DNA from: Microbotryum violaceum
Lineage: Eukaryota
Assembly (NCBI GenBank): GCA_001244265.2
Contig: CDLV01000005.1
Location: 124,001 to 188,000, forward strand
DNA length: 64,000 nt
Reading direction: 5' to 3'
Shown here: positions 1 through 12,497 of the stretch, one piece after another
Layout: the number at the start of each line of letters is the position of its first letter
How positions within the stretch are numbered: the first letter of the stretch is position 1
Notes under the pieces: model-generated
What the model saw: only the letters and a program-made list of their open reading frames with translations
Told to the model about the DNA's origin: nothing
The model's database searches: none
Program-made: the position numbers and the translations under genes

Positions 1-207
1 CTTATTAGCTTTACGCTTCACTTTCTAGCCTTCCGCGAGTCTGTCTCTTAGTCTCTGGCCACTCTGTTCTCGTCCCTGTTCATTGGACTGAGTCGTGGTC
101 ATCATCAGGTCAGCTCTTTGGAATCTTACCTTACTCTGTTCTCGTCCCTGTTCATTGGATTGAGTCGTGGTCATCATCAGTTTCCACTTGAGAGCATTTC
201 TGCGACA
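1..207. mobile_element. Partial LTR, cut by the window edge; same family as solo LTRs at 13953 and 53636; contains an internal ~48-bp duplication
   Basis: 1-108 and 133-207 are near-identical to the reverse complement of parts of 13953-14090 and end ...CTGCGACA at 207. The ACTCTGTTCTCGTCCCTGTTCATTGGA.TGAGTCGTGGTCATCATCAG block occurs at 61-108 and 133-180. Confidence 0.8.
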
Positions 208-3200
208 CATAGTAGGATCCGAGTTAGGACAAGAGGTTGATGATGAGAGGGGTGATAGGAGTTTACTGAGGACTTGATCAGACCATATGGTTAAACGCAG
301 TTATGGCAGTATCGTATCTTTATCATCACTTGGGCTCTCCATTCTGCCCTGACTGCAAGGCATATGCCAGCTACTTGTAGGGAGGCTGGCTGCTTGTTAA
401 TTAGCTTGCGCCTGAGTTACACTTCTTCCGTTCTGATTCTTCATTCGCTCTCTCAAGAAGACTGACTGGAGTGTAGCTCAGGTCGTTTATATGCGAGGTT
501 CACAGCGTCTCACCCACCTACCACAATAGTATTGACCTGGGTGAATTTGATGATCTCACAGCGCCGCCCCCTTTGATAGCTTCAAGGCTTCGAGTATTGG
601 GAGGATAGAGTTCCCCTGACGCGCCGGGGATCCATGCATCAATGCATCAACATGTTGTTGTATTCCAAGCGGCTCAAGACGGGTCGCCAGTGACACGATC
701 GGGGCGGCAAACACCAGCACGGAGTAGATGAATCCCATCTTCAAATCCGAGAGGAGGGGAGAGGAGCAACACATGGTCAAATCGCCAACTTGAGCGCGCG
801 CCGGGAGGTCGATGACAAGGTGAACGGCGTGCGACCATTATTTGAGCGAGAGCGCAACGATTGCGTTAAAAGTTGTGGCGAAAGACGCAATAGGCATGGT
901 GGCCATGACCAGGCGGCGTCTGGGATCATATAAGCTAGTCAGCTTATATAATGAGGAGTAGCGCCAGGTTAAAGGAGGGATCCTCGACCTCCACTCACGT
1001 CCTGATGGTCGCATGCGCTATATTCACGCTCCTAGACTTCGCTTTGAAAGCAAGGGATTGCATGGCCAACCCACTCAGGGCCAAGCTGAGCCCGACGGAG
1101 ATGCAGGAGATTGGGTCAGAGTATAGTGTGATGTTAAAGTATAGTTGAAGACTGATCCAGCTGAGGTTGAAAAGAATCAGGAGGATGCCGGCTGGTCTAG
1201 GCGACGATCGAGCGAGGAGCCACCATGTTCAGCTGGGCAGTCAGGAGAGGAGAGGAGCAACTCTGTTGAAAGAGGATTCGGTGCATGCATCTTGTGGGGA
1301 TGCCTTCACTTTTGGTGTACGGGTTAGGCAACCAGGATGGTTTACAGCAAAAGAGATGGGAGCCTCGCGCTATCGGTGGGTCAGGAACACTTTCATCTCG
1401 TGGTTGTGGAGAGAGGAAGCGAGAGGGTGCGGTGTGGGCTTGGGTAGGGACGTGAGGATGGGCGGAAGTGGGAGTGGATCTGAGATGTCGACTCTTGGAA
1501 AGGAGGTGAGGTGGGCAATGACCGGTTAGCACAAGGGTCCCAGCAAGTTGGTGGAGATAAGAGCCGTGATGATGGACGCATTATCAGTGACCCCTTACCT
1601 TGGTTGTGGAATTAAGTAGGCCAACCCCCGTGTGATCTTCTCGGTGGGGGTTGGATAAAGCTGGGAGAAGGTAGAGAGGGGAGAGCGAGAGCCCAGCTGA
1701 AGCTCCGGTCGCGGCCCCCACACCGGCCGTTGAGCGTCATCGCGTCATCACTCCGAATGAACCGAGCTCTGCTAGGCTTTGCCGGAATTCTTCCTCAGGG
1801 GCCAAGGAAAGCAAAAGAGAAACACATGGTGTAAGCAACATGCGGTCCAAAGATTACGTGCGTTACAGAGAACAAAGAACAGAGACCACAACGAAAATAA
1901 GCACGAGGGTGCCATATGCTGTAGCACCAGGGAGGCGGCGGGTGACTAGAGAAGACTTCATAGTAGGTCAGAGTTTCTCTGGTCGTTGGGTGCTTCGCGT
2001 GAAGGGTAAAAGCAGCTGTGTGCAGGGAGAGCTGGGCAAGCGATAAAGAGCGTCAAGATTGTTGACCTCAAAACATCTTGGGGGAACATGCGGCCAGGCA
2101 AATCCGAGGCATCGGCTGGCCGTCTAGCCCCCTGTCTGTGAGCGCGCCAATGTTCATCACCTCCGGCCGACCGAGCGGTAGCCGCCGATCGGCGAATACC
2201 GAATTGCCGTTGGATTGATCACATCGCATGCCCCTCTTTTATTGAACCGAGCCCGATCATCACCGAGTCACCCACCCATCAGAGCTCGTGAGCTCTTGTC
2301 GAAGTCAGAGGTGGTGCAACTGTATGCATGCGTTCGGACCCACCATGGACCTGAACTTGAACGCCATAACTTCGTGTTTTCATCGTGACCCTCGCCGGCC
2401 GTATAGCTACAAAAACATGTCAGAGCTCCTCAGGTCTTCTTGTTTTACGTTTTTAGCCTTTCTAGGAAGATGGTGATCCCTCGGTAGCTTGAACTATAAC
2501 GCTCGGTCTTGGCTCCTGAAGAAGCTCCCCGCACCTCGCTTGGTGCGACCTTATTCGGAGGACCGGCCAACGGCCGACGCGGTGGCTGCTGCGAGGTCCA
2601 TGGCTCTCTTTTTCTCCTCCATCATCCACCCGCTCGGAGCTCACACACGCACGCGTACCCAAAAACACAGTCGAGGTGAGTATCTTCCTATCATGCATTC
2701 ATCTTCACATATCTCAGTTCCTCCCACTTGAACATGCTCGTGATGATCGATCGGAGCCGCTGCTGGTACCGACCTCACCTCCTCTCCTTATTTTGACTTG
2801 CAAAATGGAGCAGCCAGGCTCGCAAGCTGCGCCTGCACCCACGCCCGCACCCGCACCCGCCAGCGGACCTCACCCTCTCGACCAATCTCACAAGCAACCC
2901 TTAAGCCGCAGGGTCCACCCCGGGGAAGGGCGATGAGTTCAACGAGCTGTCTACCATCCCGGTGCGTTGGACGGTTTCTGCACCTCGCATTGCTTCGTCG
3001 CTGAGTGATCCGCTAAAGCTCTTTCGGATGTTGGGCAGCGGGAGTAGCTTTGATAGGATGTATGGTCGCTTCGGCGATCTTACACGCGTTGATCTGCTGG
3101 CGGGCCCACGACGACGTGCTATACCGCACAAGTCGGGGCCTTAGCCTGACCGCTCTTGGTTTCGCGGCTGTCGCCAGATTCGACATCGGGGCCGGACTCG

Positions 3201-3290
3201 ACAGAGATATCGAACCGACAAGGCCTTGGATGTGAGTGACTTTGTTGGCTCTACACCTAATCATCGGATCACTGATGTCTTCCTCGCAGA

Positions 3291-3781
3291 TTCTCACAGA
3301 AAAGAACTAGTCGACAAGAGTTTCGACACTGCCTCTCATAGCGTCGGCAATCGTCTTGTGGGAATCGTACCGAAAACACAATATCGTCGATCAAGTCCTT
3401 CAGAAGCGGTCGAATGAAAAGATAAGGGAAAAGGAGCGACTAAGAGAAATCAGTCAAAAGGAGCTCTTAGTCGCTCCTTTTCCCTTATCTTTTCATTCGA
3501 CCGCTTTGCTCTACCATAGGACGTAGAAGAGGTAGGCCAGACAGGCGGAATAAACCAGGTATTCGATGGTGGCGAAGCCGACAAGAAACATTTGAAATGG
3601 TGCCGGCATCGTCGTTTGAGGAATCTGAAGGACTTGATCGACGATATTGTGTTTTCGGTACGATTCCCACAAGACGATTGCCGTAAGACGATTGCCGCAA
3701 GACGATTGCCTCAAGACGATTGCCGGCGCCATGAGAAAGTTAATGTCGAAACTCTTGTCGACTAGTTCTTCTCTATGAGAA
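3291..3781. mobile_element. Nested inverted-repeat (foldback/MITE-like) element
   Basis: Outer arms 3291-3403 / 3624-3781 (right arm expanded by 4x ~13-bp AAGACGATTGCC repeats). Inner perfect 43-bp arms 3404-3446 / 3464-3506 with a 17-nt loop. Confidence 0.75.
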
Positions 3782-3784
3782 CAT

Positions 3785-6700
3785 GCGAGTGAAAGTCAAA
3801 CCCCTGCGGCCCTGCGCGCACAGAGCGCTGCGCAGATCAAAACCCGCCGAGCACCTAACGCGGACTCCAGCGGGCGGTGAGTACTGCTGCCGCTTCACGT
3901 CCCAAGAGCGGGAGCAAAGATACTCGAAAACCAGGCAAGAGCGCCTAGAGAAAGAAGGGGGAGAGTATACAGAAAGTCACAACTGGGGATACGGAGAACC
4001 AGGAATACTAAGACAGAGGAGGGGAACACACCCGAGGGGCCAAGGGAGGGGGTCGAAGCCGGAGGTAGAGGTCCCCAGGGACTAACAGGCCGCAGCCAAG
4101 CCCCAGCTACTCGTCACCCCGACAGCGCCTGATGTCCTCCCTTGGCTGAATCTCGAGTGCTGGCTGTTGAGCCGTCGGGGCCGAGAGAAAAGCGATCCAG
4201 TACAACGAAACGAGCCTCGCCTTGACGCGAGGATATTGACCAGAAACGAGCGACCTTCCTTCCCGAGCCATGCCGTAGATCTTGACCGACGCGAACGAAC
4301 GAACCATTCAACGGAATCCAACACACGGCTTAGGAGTAAAAGGAGAAGTGGCTGAAGCGTAGTCAACAACCGAGCAACAGGAACGAGAAGAGGAAGGGAA
4401 GGGAAAAAAGGGGGGAAAGGAGAGGGAAAAACTTCACAAAGCCTCCAACGCAAAGACAATCGACCTGGCTTGCCGATCCATCCAAGAACAAAAAACCGCT
4501 ACTGCGCAAAGTAGAGAGAGAGAGGGAGAGGTGCGCAGCCTTCCACTGCGCAACAAGTTCCAAGACAGTCAGCTTCTAAAAGAGGAGTCGACCTCCGAAA
4601 AAGAAAGGAGGAAAGGAGGGGAGGAAAATGGGAAGGAAGGACTTAACTCGGTCATCACACCTCCCAATCTCGAGCCCCAGGCACAAAACCCGCTCGAGAG
4701 AGAAAATCTCGCTCGAACGCTCTGAGTGCACTGGGGAGCGAGGGAGGGGCCACGACCTTGTCCAGCTCGAACCGCTGATGAACGCGCCAGCGGAGCAGGT
4801 GCAGCCGCTGGAAGCCGATCGCGCAGGCCAGCCGAACCCACATCCATCTCGAGGTCGTTCTCCCACGACCCCGCAAAAGGGGGAGCCCCATAGTCAGCTG
4901 CTCCGGAGTGAACGTCGACGGATCGACGTCGGTATCCTCGATGCCCAGCTTGTCGAACAGAATGCGAAGCACCCCACCCCAGAAGCTGGTCGAGTACGCG
5001 CACTCGAAGAAGTAGTGCGACACCGTCTCGATGACCGCTGCATCGTTGCCGCAGAACAGACACGTCGGCGAAGAGGCATGACCCTGAGTATGCTGCCTCT
5101 TGCGCGTCGGCGTCACGTCGTACATGAGCCGCCAGTGGGTGTCCTGCTCCACAGCAGACGCAAACCGGTCATGAAGCCATCTCCAGAAGCGCTTCCTATC
5201 GCTCTGAGAAGTCCCATCACGGAAACGCTTGACACGATCCTCCCTCCCTGGGAACCGAACCACGTTCACAAGCCGACGAAGCTTGCGAATAGTGAACGGT
5301 CGGGTGAGCCCAAAGAAGTTGAAGCACCGAGGACGGGGAGCCTCCTTGAGAGGTATCCGAGCAGGTCGCAACGCGGTCTTGGGCAGCAAGGCTTTCGCCT
5401 TGAGCAACTGACCCACGCGCGACCACACGTGCTCGTGCTGTAGGGCGGGTTCCTTAGAGTGCTGCCAGAACCCGCGTCGATGACCAACCAGAGCCCAGCC
5501 CTTCCCTTCGTCCCTCCAGTACAGGTCCGCGATCTGCGCAAACTTCGCCACTGCGTCCGCATCGTCATATGCGTGCTTGGCACCTTCAGCATAGAGTGAA
5601 GGGAGGCGAGGCGGAAGCGAGAGCAATTCGGGGAGCGTAAGGAGTTCGGACTTGATGGTTGGAACTGTGACCCTGGCCGCTGCAACGACTGCCCCCCAGC
5701 GCGTCGAGTCGCGATACAGCTTCTCGACCCGAGCCGTGCTGCTGAAGAACCCCCACGGACTGAAATCGCGGGTCGCAGCGACGAGGGACCTCCAGCTCTC
5801 GCGAGCTAGGGGCGCCCAGATCGCCTCGTTCGAGCCCGCCACAGCATCCCAAAATCGAAGCGCCACCGAATGAACGATGTCGCCGATTGAAATCAAGCCC
5901 AAGCCACCGTCCTCCCGAGCCTGGAACACGAAATCGCGAGCGACGGTATTTCGCCCTGCTCCTCCCCAAACAAAATCCGTAAGTGCTGTCTCCGCCGCCT
6001 TAATGAACCATTGAGGCGGTATGTCGAAGGACAGCACGTGGAGGACCGTCGAGATGATATGAGCGTTGGCATAGAAGACCTTCCCACTCGGCGAAAGTGT
6101 CCGGTCTCCAGCGGCGCGGGTCTTGGCCTTGATCCTGTCAAGAACATGGGTCCAAAACAGTTTCGAGTCACCGTGGCGAAAGAAGGCATAGCCGCACCAC
6201 TTGAAGCTCTCCCCCTCCTGCACCGTTGGCAGCGCCTGCGCAGTCTCGTCCCGAAGCCAGTTCGGTCCGAGTGGTAGCACCAGCGTCTTGTCCGTGTTGG
6301 TCTTCCCGTTGGTTGCCTCGTACCACGTCTGCGACAGCGTTTCCAGCTTCGACAATGCCGCCGGTGACTCCACCACCACCACAGCATCGTCGGCAAACGC
6401 CAGATGCGTAAGCTGCGCACGCGGCCCCCCTGGCCACACCTTCTGCAGGTCGAGCGCGATCCCGCGCCGAACGAGGGCGTCGAGGAAGGGCTGGAACGTG
6501 ATGTTCCAAACCGGGCACGAGAAGGGATCCCCCTGACCGAGACCACACAGCAACCGCACCAACTCCGTGGGGAACCCATTGATGAGGTAGCGCACCCCCA
6601 GAGTCTCGGGATCGTACAGAGCGCGCAGCAGGGAAATGAAACGCTCACCAAAGCCAAAGGCCTCGAAGACGTCGAAGATCCATGCGTGATCGACCCGATC

Positions 6701-8567
6701 GTACGCGCTCTGCTGATCCAAGGACAAGAGGGCGCCCTCGGGAAAACTTCAGTGCCTAGCGACTTGAGTTTTTCGAGAAGGAGAGTGAGATGACTTCCCG
6801 CGTCTGCTGAACGTCTTGATGGCATGCACCCGTGTTGCGCCGGCGGCAAAAGCTCGCCGAGCACCCCATTGAGTCGCGCCACCAAGACCTTGCTGAGGAC
6901 CTTGTAGGTCGTCTCGCGCAGTGTGATCGGTCGATATGCCCCAGTGATTTCAGATTGGCCCCCGGTTTGTTCTTGGGCAAAAGCCGCACCAGCCCCTCTG
7001 CCAAGGACGCCGTCATTTTACCCCCTCCCAAATCGAGTTGAACAAATCCAACAGCTTGGGAGCAAAGTAGGTTGGCAGCGCCTTGAAGAGCTCGTACGGA
7101 ATGCCCGAGGGCCCCGGTGATCGCCCCGAATCCGTCTTCTTCAACGCCGCTTCAACCTCGAGGAGGGTGAAGGGCTCGTCAAGCGCCACTCTCGCTTGAC
7201 GAGGCAGCCGACGACCGAACGTAGGGTCCGAGCGGTCGTCATCGTAGCATTTCGCCGCGCGAATAGGGTCGAGCAGGGACCGACGTGGGTTCGTCGGGTC
7301 GCCACGAGCTGGGTCCGGCGTGAAGAGCGACTGTGCGTGCCGTGAAGCAATGCCCAGCGCCTCCTGCATGTCAACGGTCTCGGTGCCATCCACATCCTCC
7401 AGCGAGACGATGCTCGTCTGGCGACTCCGGCGGTTGAGACGCGTGCGAATGCTTGCCGATTGACCTTCCCTCGAGTCGACTGACGGCACATGCGCACGAA
7501 TGCGCAGCCACTGAGCCTCCTTTACCGCCAACTGGTCCAACCGCGACTTGGCAAAAGCATACGCATCGCGCTCGGCCTCATTCATGTGCTCACCGCGTGC
7601 CTCCAAAGCCTCCATGACGGATTGGCTCTCGGACCGCAGTCGGCGCATGTCGGCACGAGTCGAGCGGTATCGTGCATGGCCAGCGACTGCAACCGCCCGC
7701 AGAGCGGCGTCATAGACGTCGCCGAGCGGAGCGGTCCCCTCGAGCCTTCGATAGACCTCGTCGACGACCCCGGGAATCGATGCGACAAAGTCTTGATCGT
7801 CAAAGACCGTTGGGTTGAGCCTCGAAATGAGATCGCTCGTAGAGGGAAGAGAAAGGGGGGGTTCGGCATCAGCGTTCGACGTAGGCAATGCGAAAGTCGC
7901 AACTACAGGTCTGTGGTCCGAACAGGGCGCGTCGAAGAGCGTAGAAGCGCTCAACAACCGGTTTACCCAACTGCATTGGTCAAGAATATAGTCGATCCGC
8001 GACCACGAGCAAATCTTTCGCTCCTCCCCTCTACCACGGTAGTGAGGACGAGTGAATGCGGGGGTGCAAGAATGGACATGTCGGACCGTGTCGAGTGCCT
8101 TGAACGCGATCTTTGACAGCAAAGTCTGCCAGTGCGATACAGGAGTCCAAGCGCGATCGGTGATGGACACTCGGTCGATCGATACATCCGGACAATCATT
8201 GAGATCGCCGGCCAAGATCCGAAGAGTCTTGGGTCTCGGGGCGTTGAAATGCAGGAGCCCGAAAAAGTCGCGACGATCGTCCTCCTGTACCGGCGCGTAC
8301 ATGTTGATGATCTCAACATCGAGCTCCTCAAGACGAAACACCGAGCGCAGAATCCGACCGTCGAGACGAGGAGCTCCTGCAAAGACGACCGGGGTAGAGG
8401 AAAGGAGATGGCCCGCCAAAGGTGAGCCATCGGGTATGAGGGTAAGGACATGAGGAGTGAAACGAATACAAGCCCCTGGCCAAGCACTCTCGAAGCCTTC
8501 GCGCGACGCGTTGTAGCTGAGGTGGTGCTCTTGCAGGAGAATGGCCGCAGGGGCCGGCCCCCTCGGA
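3785..8567 (-). mobile_element. Non-LTR retrotransposon, L1/Tx1-like (element E3): slightly 5'-truncated ORF2 plus 3' UTR
   Basis: APE endonuclease motifs (LLQEHH, INMYAP, AGDLND, SRIDYI, SDHRPV). RT motifs (SPGPSGIP, YRPITL, LDQQSAYDRVDH, GLGQGDPFSC, AFADD). C-terminal zinc finger CLFC...HYFFEC. The 3' end is not clearly defined. Confidence 0.92.
4655..8567 (-). CDS. ORF2 polyprotein (APE-RT-zf-RVT, ~1300 aa) with three -1 frameshifts at ~7022, ~6940 and ~6741
   Basis: ORFs 7013-8605, 6756-7031, 5893-6885 and 4655-6727 join into one continuous protein if one base is added to each of three G/C runs. Confidence 0.85.
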
Positions 8568-9917
8568 TTTTTTTTGTATGCATTTTTTTTTTGTATGAAA
8601 CTCATCGCTAATTTGCAAGACGAGAAACCCCCCTACGGAACTAAAGGAGATGCTACCCAGTATGCACGATGATGACCACAACCGCCGCTTGATGCGTTGT
8701 AACTAGCAGAACAGACCAACCCGATACATCCGAGTTCAAGTCCCCCCACCCACGGTTGCTCCCTCCCAGAGACGAATGAAAGGAAGGTTGAAGATAATAC
8801 ACGGGGAATCTGGAAACGATGGAAGAAATGTTGGTGGTGGTACATGTGTTGTACAGGTGAATCCGATCATAATTGTACAGTTGAACCTTCTTCGATCTTT
8901 TGACTTCAGACCCCCCTGAGACTGCCATACTCCTTGAGGCCCTTAATTCTTTGAGACGCGTCGAACAAGGCCTCCGATGGCACAAACATCCCGCTCAATC
9001 CGAATGATTCACGTGGTCCAAAAGGGGGAATGTAACCCCTGCGACCGCAGCAATCACATACCCCTTGTACCCGTCTGCGCTGGATCTCCACCGCGGAGTC
9101 CAACCCCCTTTTCGGTTACCAAAGTCTGCCCCCCCTCGCGACCGCACGACCCCAGATCACCCCCATTTCAATGACTGCAACTGCGAAACAGGCCTACTTC
9201 GCACAAAAACACACAATCCAGAGATTTCCGGGGAAAGTCACGGAGCATGTGACAGTCCATTGGACACGCCTCGGTCGGGTGCAGCGCGGGCGGGTGGCCG
9301 TCAACACCGGCGCGCAGCTGGAGACAAGAGGCGGGGTATACCTTCCGCAGGGGCCTCGCTTCCCTGCGGCGTACTCCCAATCTCGGAACGCACACTCGAG
9401 TCCCGTTGTACGTGCAGGTGGTTCCCAATCACCGCAGATACTGGGGAAAGAAGGAGCATGAGGCCCACGACGGTGATGTCATTGGGTGGGACCTCGCTCG
9501 AGTGTGGATGTGTATGGCGGTTCGGTACCCGAGTCACCCGCCGCGCGGCCGCGACTCCGAGCGAGCAGCAAAGCAAGGAGAGGCGAGCCACGCAGGCAGT
9601 TTGTGCCGGCCTTGAACAGGAGATCACGGAGTCGCTCGACCGAAAGAGAAAACAGACCCGGCCCTTGAGGGGAGTGGAAAAACTCACGGCGTAGTCCAGG
9701 AGAGGGCCGAGGGGATCCGCTTTCGCTGTGTGTCATCGTGATGTGGCAGAAGCTCGAACCAAGGGCGACGATGCTCCCCGGCGCAAAGAACTCGAGGCTC
9801 CTGGGGAGTACGGAAGCCTATGATGAGGAATGGCAAAAAGAGCGAGAGAAAACAGGTTCAGTATGCTGGCGTTTTTGGGAGACAGTGGAGATTGAGAAAG
9901 AGGGAAAGGGGACTTGT

Positions 9918-9952
<35 letters not shown>

Positions 9953-11210
9953 GTTTTGGTTTGGGTAGGGAGGGAGCGCCGTCTACTTCATCGTGCCAGT
10001 CTGAGCTCCAACCTCTCCTTCAGTCCGGCCATCTCCTTGTCCATGCTCGACATCGCTCTGGCGTGGCGATGGAGATGCCAGCGTCGGTTGCTGAGAGTGT
10101 CAAGCGCCAGCGCAATGAAGGCGCGGGTTGGGCGCTTTTTCGAAGCCGGAAGGCGAGCGCGCAGTCGAGGGAGGCCGTGCTCGATCTGAAGTGCCGTGTA
10201 GTCGAGGTCGAGGATCGACACGACCCCCAGCGCGTCGCAGAGAATGGACCTAGCTGCTTGCCAAAACTGAGAAGAGTCAGGGCAATCATGCCAAAAGTGA
10301 GTAAAGTCATCCTCCACCCCTGCCAGGCTGCATGCCTGCACAAGGCAGCAGGCTGAGTCGCCATGCCGCTGCACAAACTGGCGCTTCCGCGTTGACGTGA
10401 AGTGGTACGCCAGCTTGAAGTGCACCTCGCGCTCGCGGGCCGTGGCGGGCCCGGTGTTGAACCACCCCCAGAAGAGTCGCCTTTCTTTGGGTGTGGCGAG
10501 TGATCCAGGGCGTTGTGTGTCGTCGAAACGTCGATGGTTGATGACGCGTCGAAGTCGCGCAATGGTGTAAGGTCTGTCCAAGCTCAACATTCTCCACTGA
10601 TCAGCACGCAAGGGGGCGGAGGGGAGGGAAAGTTTTTGATCAGGCATGCCGACCGGAGTCGCTCTGGGCAAGATATGCTCGAGGGGACCACCGGGCCGGA
10701 CTCCAGGTGCTCCAACAACACGAATGACGGGTGGTCGACGTGCGAGGACGGGAACAGGAGGCGGAAGCGGCGGGATGAAGCGATCGCCTGCGACCTGGAT
10801 CCACGCCTGGACTTGATCGCGCTTCCATTGCCACAGGTTGGACAGCTCCGAGCCGTCGCCTTGGGGATGCTTCTCAGGGGTCCAGGGCACCGTTGGAGCT
10901 GCGGGGTATTGGGCTCGCGCATAGATGTCAGCGATGGTGCGTTCGAAACTGAAAAGCTTCGCCAAACGCTTATCCTGCTCCGAGAACACCCGCGAGTCAT
11001 GCAGACCAGGTTGGAGGGGAGAAAGAGAGAGAAAATTGGAGACCGAAAGTTTGGCAGGATCGACGACGGCAGGGTAGCGTTCAGCGACCGAGAGCACCGC
11101 TCGCCAGCGGGGATGTAGCTCCCGGGGTGCGTCGGCGTTCCTCCACGTCCACAGATCCGTAGCAAAGTCAAAGGTTGGAAGCGCTCGCCGGATGGAACTC
11201 CGAGCCAGCT
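8568..11210 (-). mobile_element. 5'-truncated L1/Tx1-like element (E2): ORF2 C-terminus 9988-~11210, poly(A) at ~9918-9951, further presumed 3' UTR, A-rich tail 8568-8595
   Basis: ORF 9988-11097 aligns by eye to the E3 C-terminus (PYTIARLRR~PFTIRKLRR; FWGWF..TAREREVHFKL..TSTRKRQ; C..C..HFWHDC). 9917-8568 could instead be a separate UTR-only insertion. Confidence 0.82.
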
Positions 11211-12438
11211 AAGATGTTTTTTTTTTTTTTGTATGTTTTTTTTTTTAAGATGTTTTTTTTTTTTTTTTTTTGTAAGATTTTTTTTTGTAGAAAACGTTCA
11301 TCATATTGCCCCAGTTCCTGTTCCCCCTGTTTTGGCCTACGGAAAAACTAGATGGAAGACTACGATGATAACACAAACCGCCCGCAAAAGTGCGAGAAAC
11401 GAGCCAAGTCCACCAATCCGAGATTCGGATTCAAATGCCCTAGCCAAGCGGTTGCTCCCCCCCGGAGACTAATGAGAGAGAAAAAGAGAGATGAAGAGAA
11501 AAAGAAAGAAAAGAAATGTACTAACGACAGAAGGCCCACCCCACAGCCACTTCCCACTCGGTCGAGACGAAGACAAGAGCACGACTGCGCAACCACCACG
11601 ACCCTCGACGCTCCAAGTCTCTGCTCAGTCACAACAAGACGCGGTGAAGGTCCCTCAAAACCTCCCCCATCGGCAGTCCCTGGCCCCTCAAAGCCGACTT
11701 TCTGCCTGTGTCCGCTGATCCCTCCCTTGACTCAGAACCCCGAAGCCGAAGAGCGCGAGCCACACCGAGTCGACGCCAAATCGCGAGATGGTCCATGATC
11801 CGCAACGATGAACCTGTAACAAATGAAAGATGAAAGCGATCTATTTAGTGTACAGTAGGAGAAAATGATGTCACGAGAATTTGGTGTGTGTGTGTGTGTA
11901 GTGGTGGTGGGGGGAAAGTCGAACCCAGCCTCTACTGCCCTCTCCTCCCCCAAGCTCCTCCCGCCCTCAGCTTCAACCTCTCCTCCAAGATGATCCTCCT
12001 CCTCCCAACACCCTCCATCCTCGTCCCCCACTTCTGCATCCCCCACCTCCCGCTGCTGATCATCTCCAAGACCAGCCCGGTGAATATTTCGATCGTCCTC
12101 CCCGCTCCTTCTTGATCGCGTAGACTGGCCTTGAGCTTCGGAAGTCCGAACATGCGTTGAACAGCCGTGTAATGCGTGTTGTCGATCGTGTCGAGCCCCA
12201 GTGCGTCGCAGAGCACGCTCCTTGCCGCTATCCAAACGTTCCCAGAGTCAACGCAGTCGAAAAAGTAGTGGTCGGTGTCGTCCACCGGCGCTTCGCAGAC
12301 GAGGCACGCGGAGAAGTGTCGTGATTCTGTTGGTGTTGCAGCTTGCGCGTCGGGGTGAAGCGGAGAATCAGCTTGAACCAAACTTCCCTCTCCCTCGCCG
12401 TCAGTGCCTTCGAGTTGACCGCCTTTTTTTCCGCCTTC
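11211..12438 (-). mobile_element. Heavily 5'-truncated L1/Tx1-like element (E1): zf-RVT C-terminus, 3' UTR, composite A-rich tail 11213-11288
   Basis: Minus strand 12425-12315 reads KAVNSKALTAREREVWFKLILRFTPTRKLQHQQNH, then after a -1 shift CLVCEAPVDDTDHYFFDC...WIAARSVLCDALG (stop at 11932). Tail is (A)n interspersed with TCTTAC/CATCTT/CATAC. Confidence 0.82.
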
Positions 12439-12497
12439 CGTAAAAATGGTGGTACTTAAATTATATTCTGCATAATCGTATGAGGCCTCGTATGAGA

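Noticed and set aside
208-2100. Second LTR retroelement (purine tract then TGTGAG on the minus strand at ~560)
   Set aside because: No recognisable integrase/RT motifs, partner LTR or TSD; probably degenerate repeat DNA, but not supportable.
2489-3290. Small spliced gene
   Set aside because: Short ORFs and possible splice sites, but no recognisable domain or consistent gene model.
3670-3725. CRISPR-like array (also 27270-27310 and 53500-53600)
   Set aside because: Short head-to-tail tandem repeats without unique spacers, in a eukaryotic context with no cas genes.
8568-8605. MSFIQKKNAYKKN as the true N-terminus of ORF2
   Set aside because: It is the translated A-rich tail of the neighbouring element; the first APE motif is missing.
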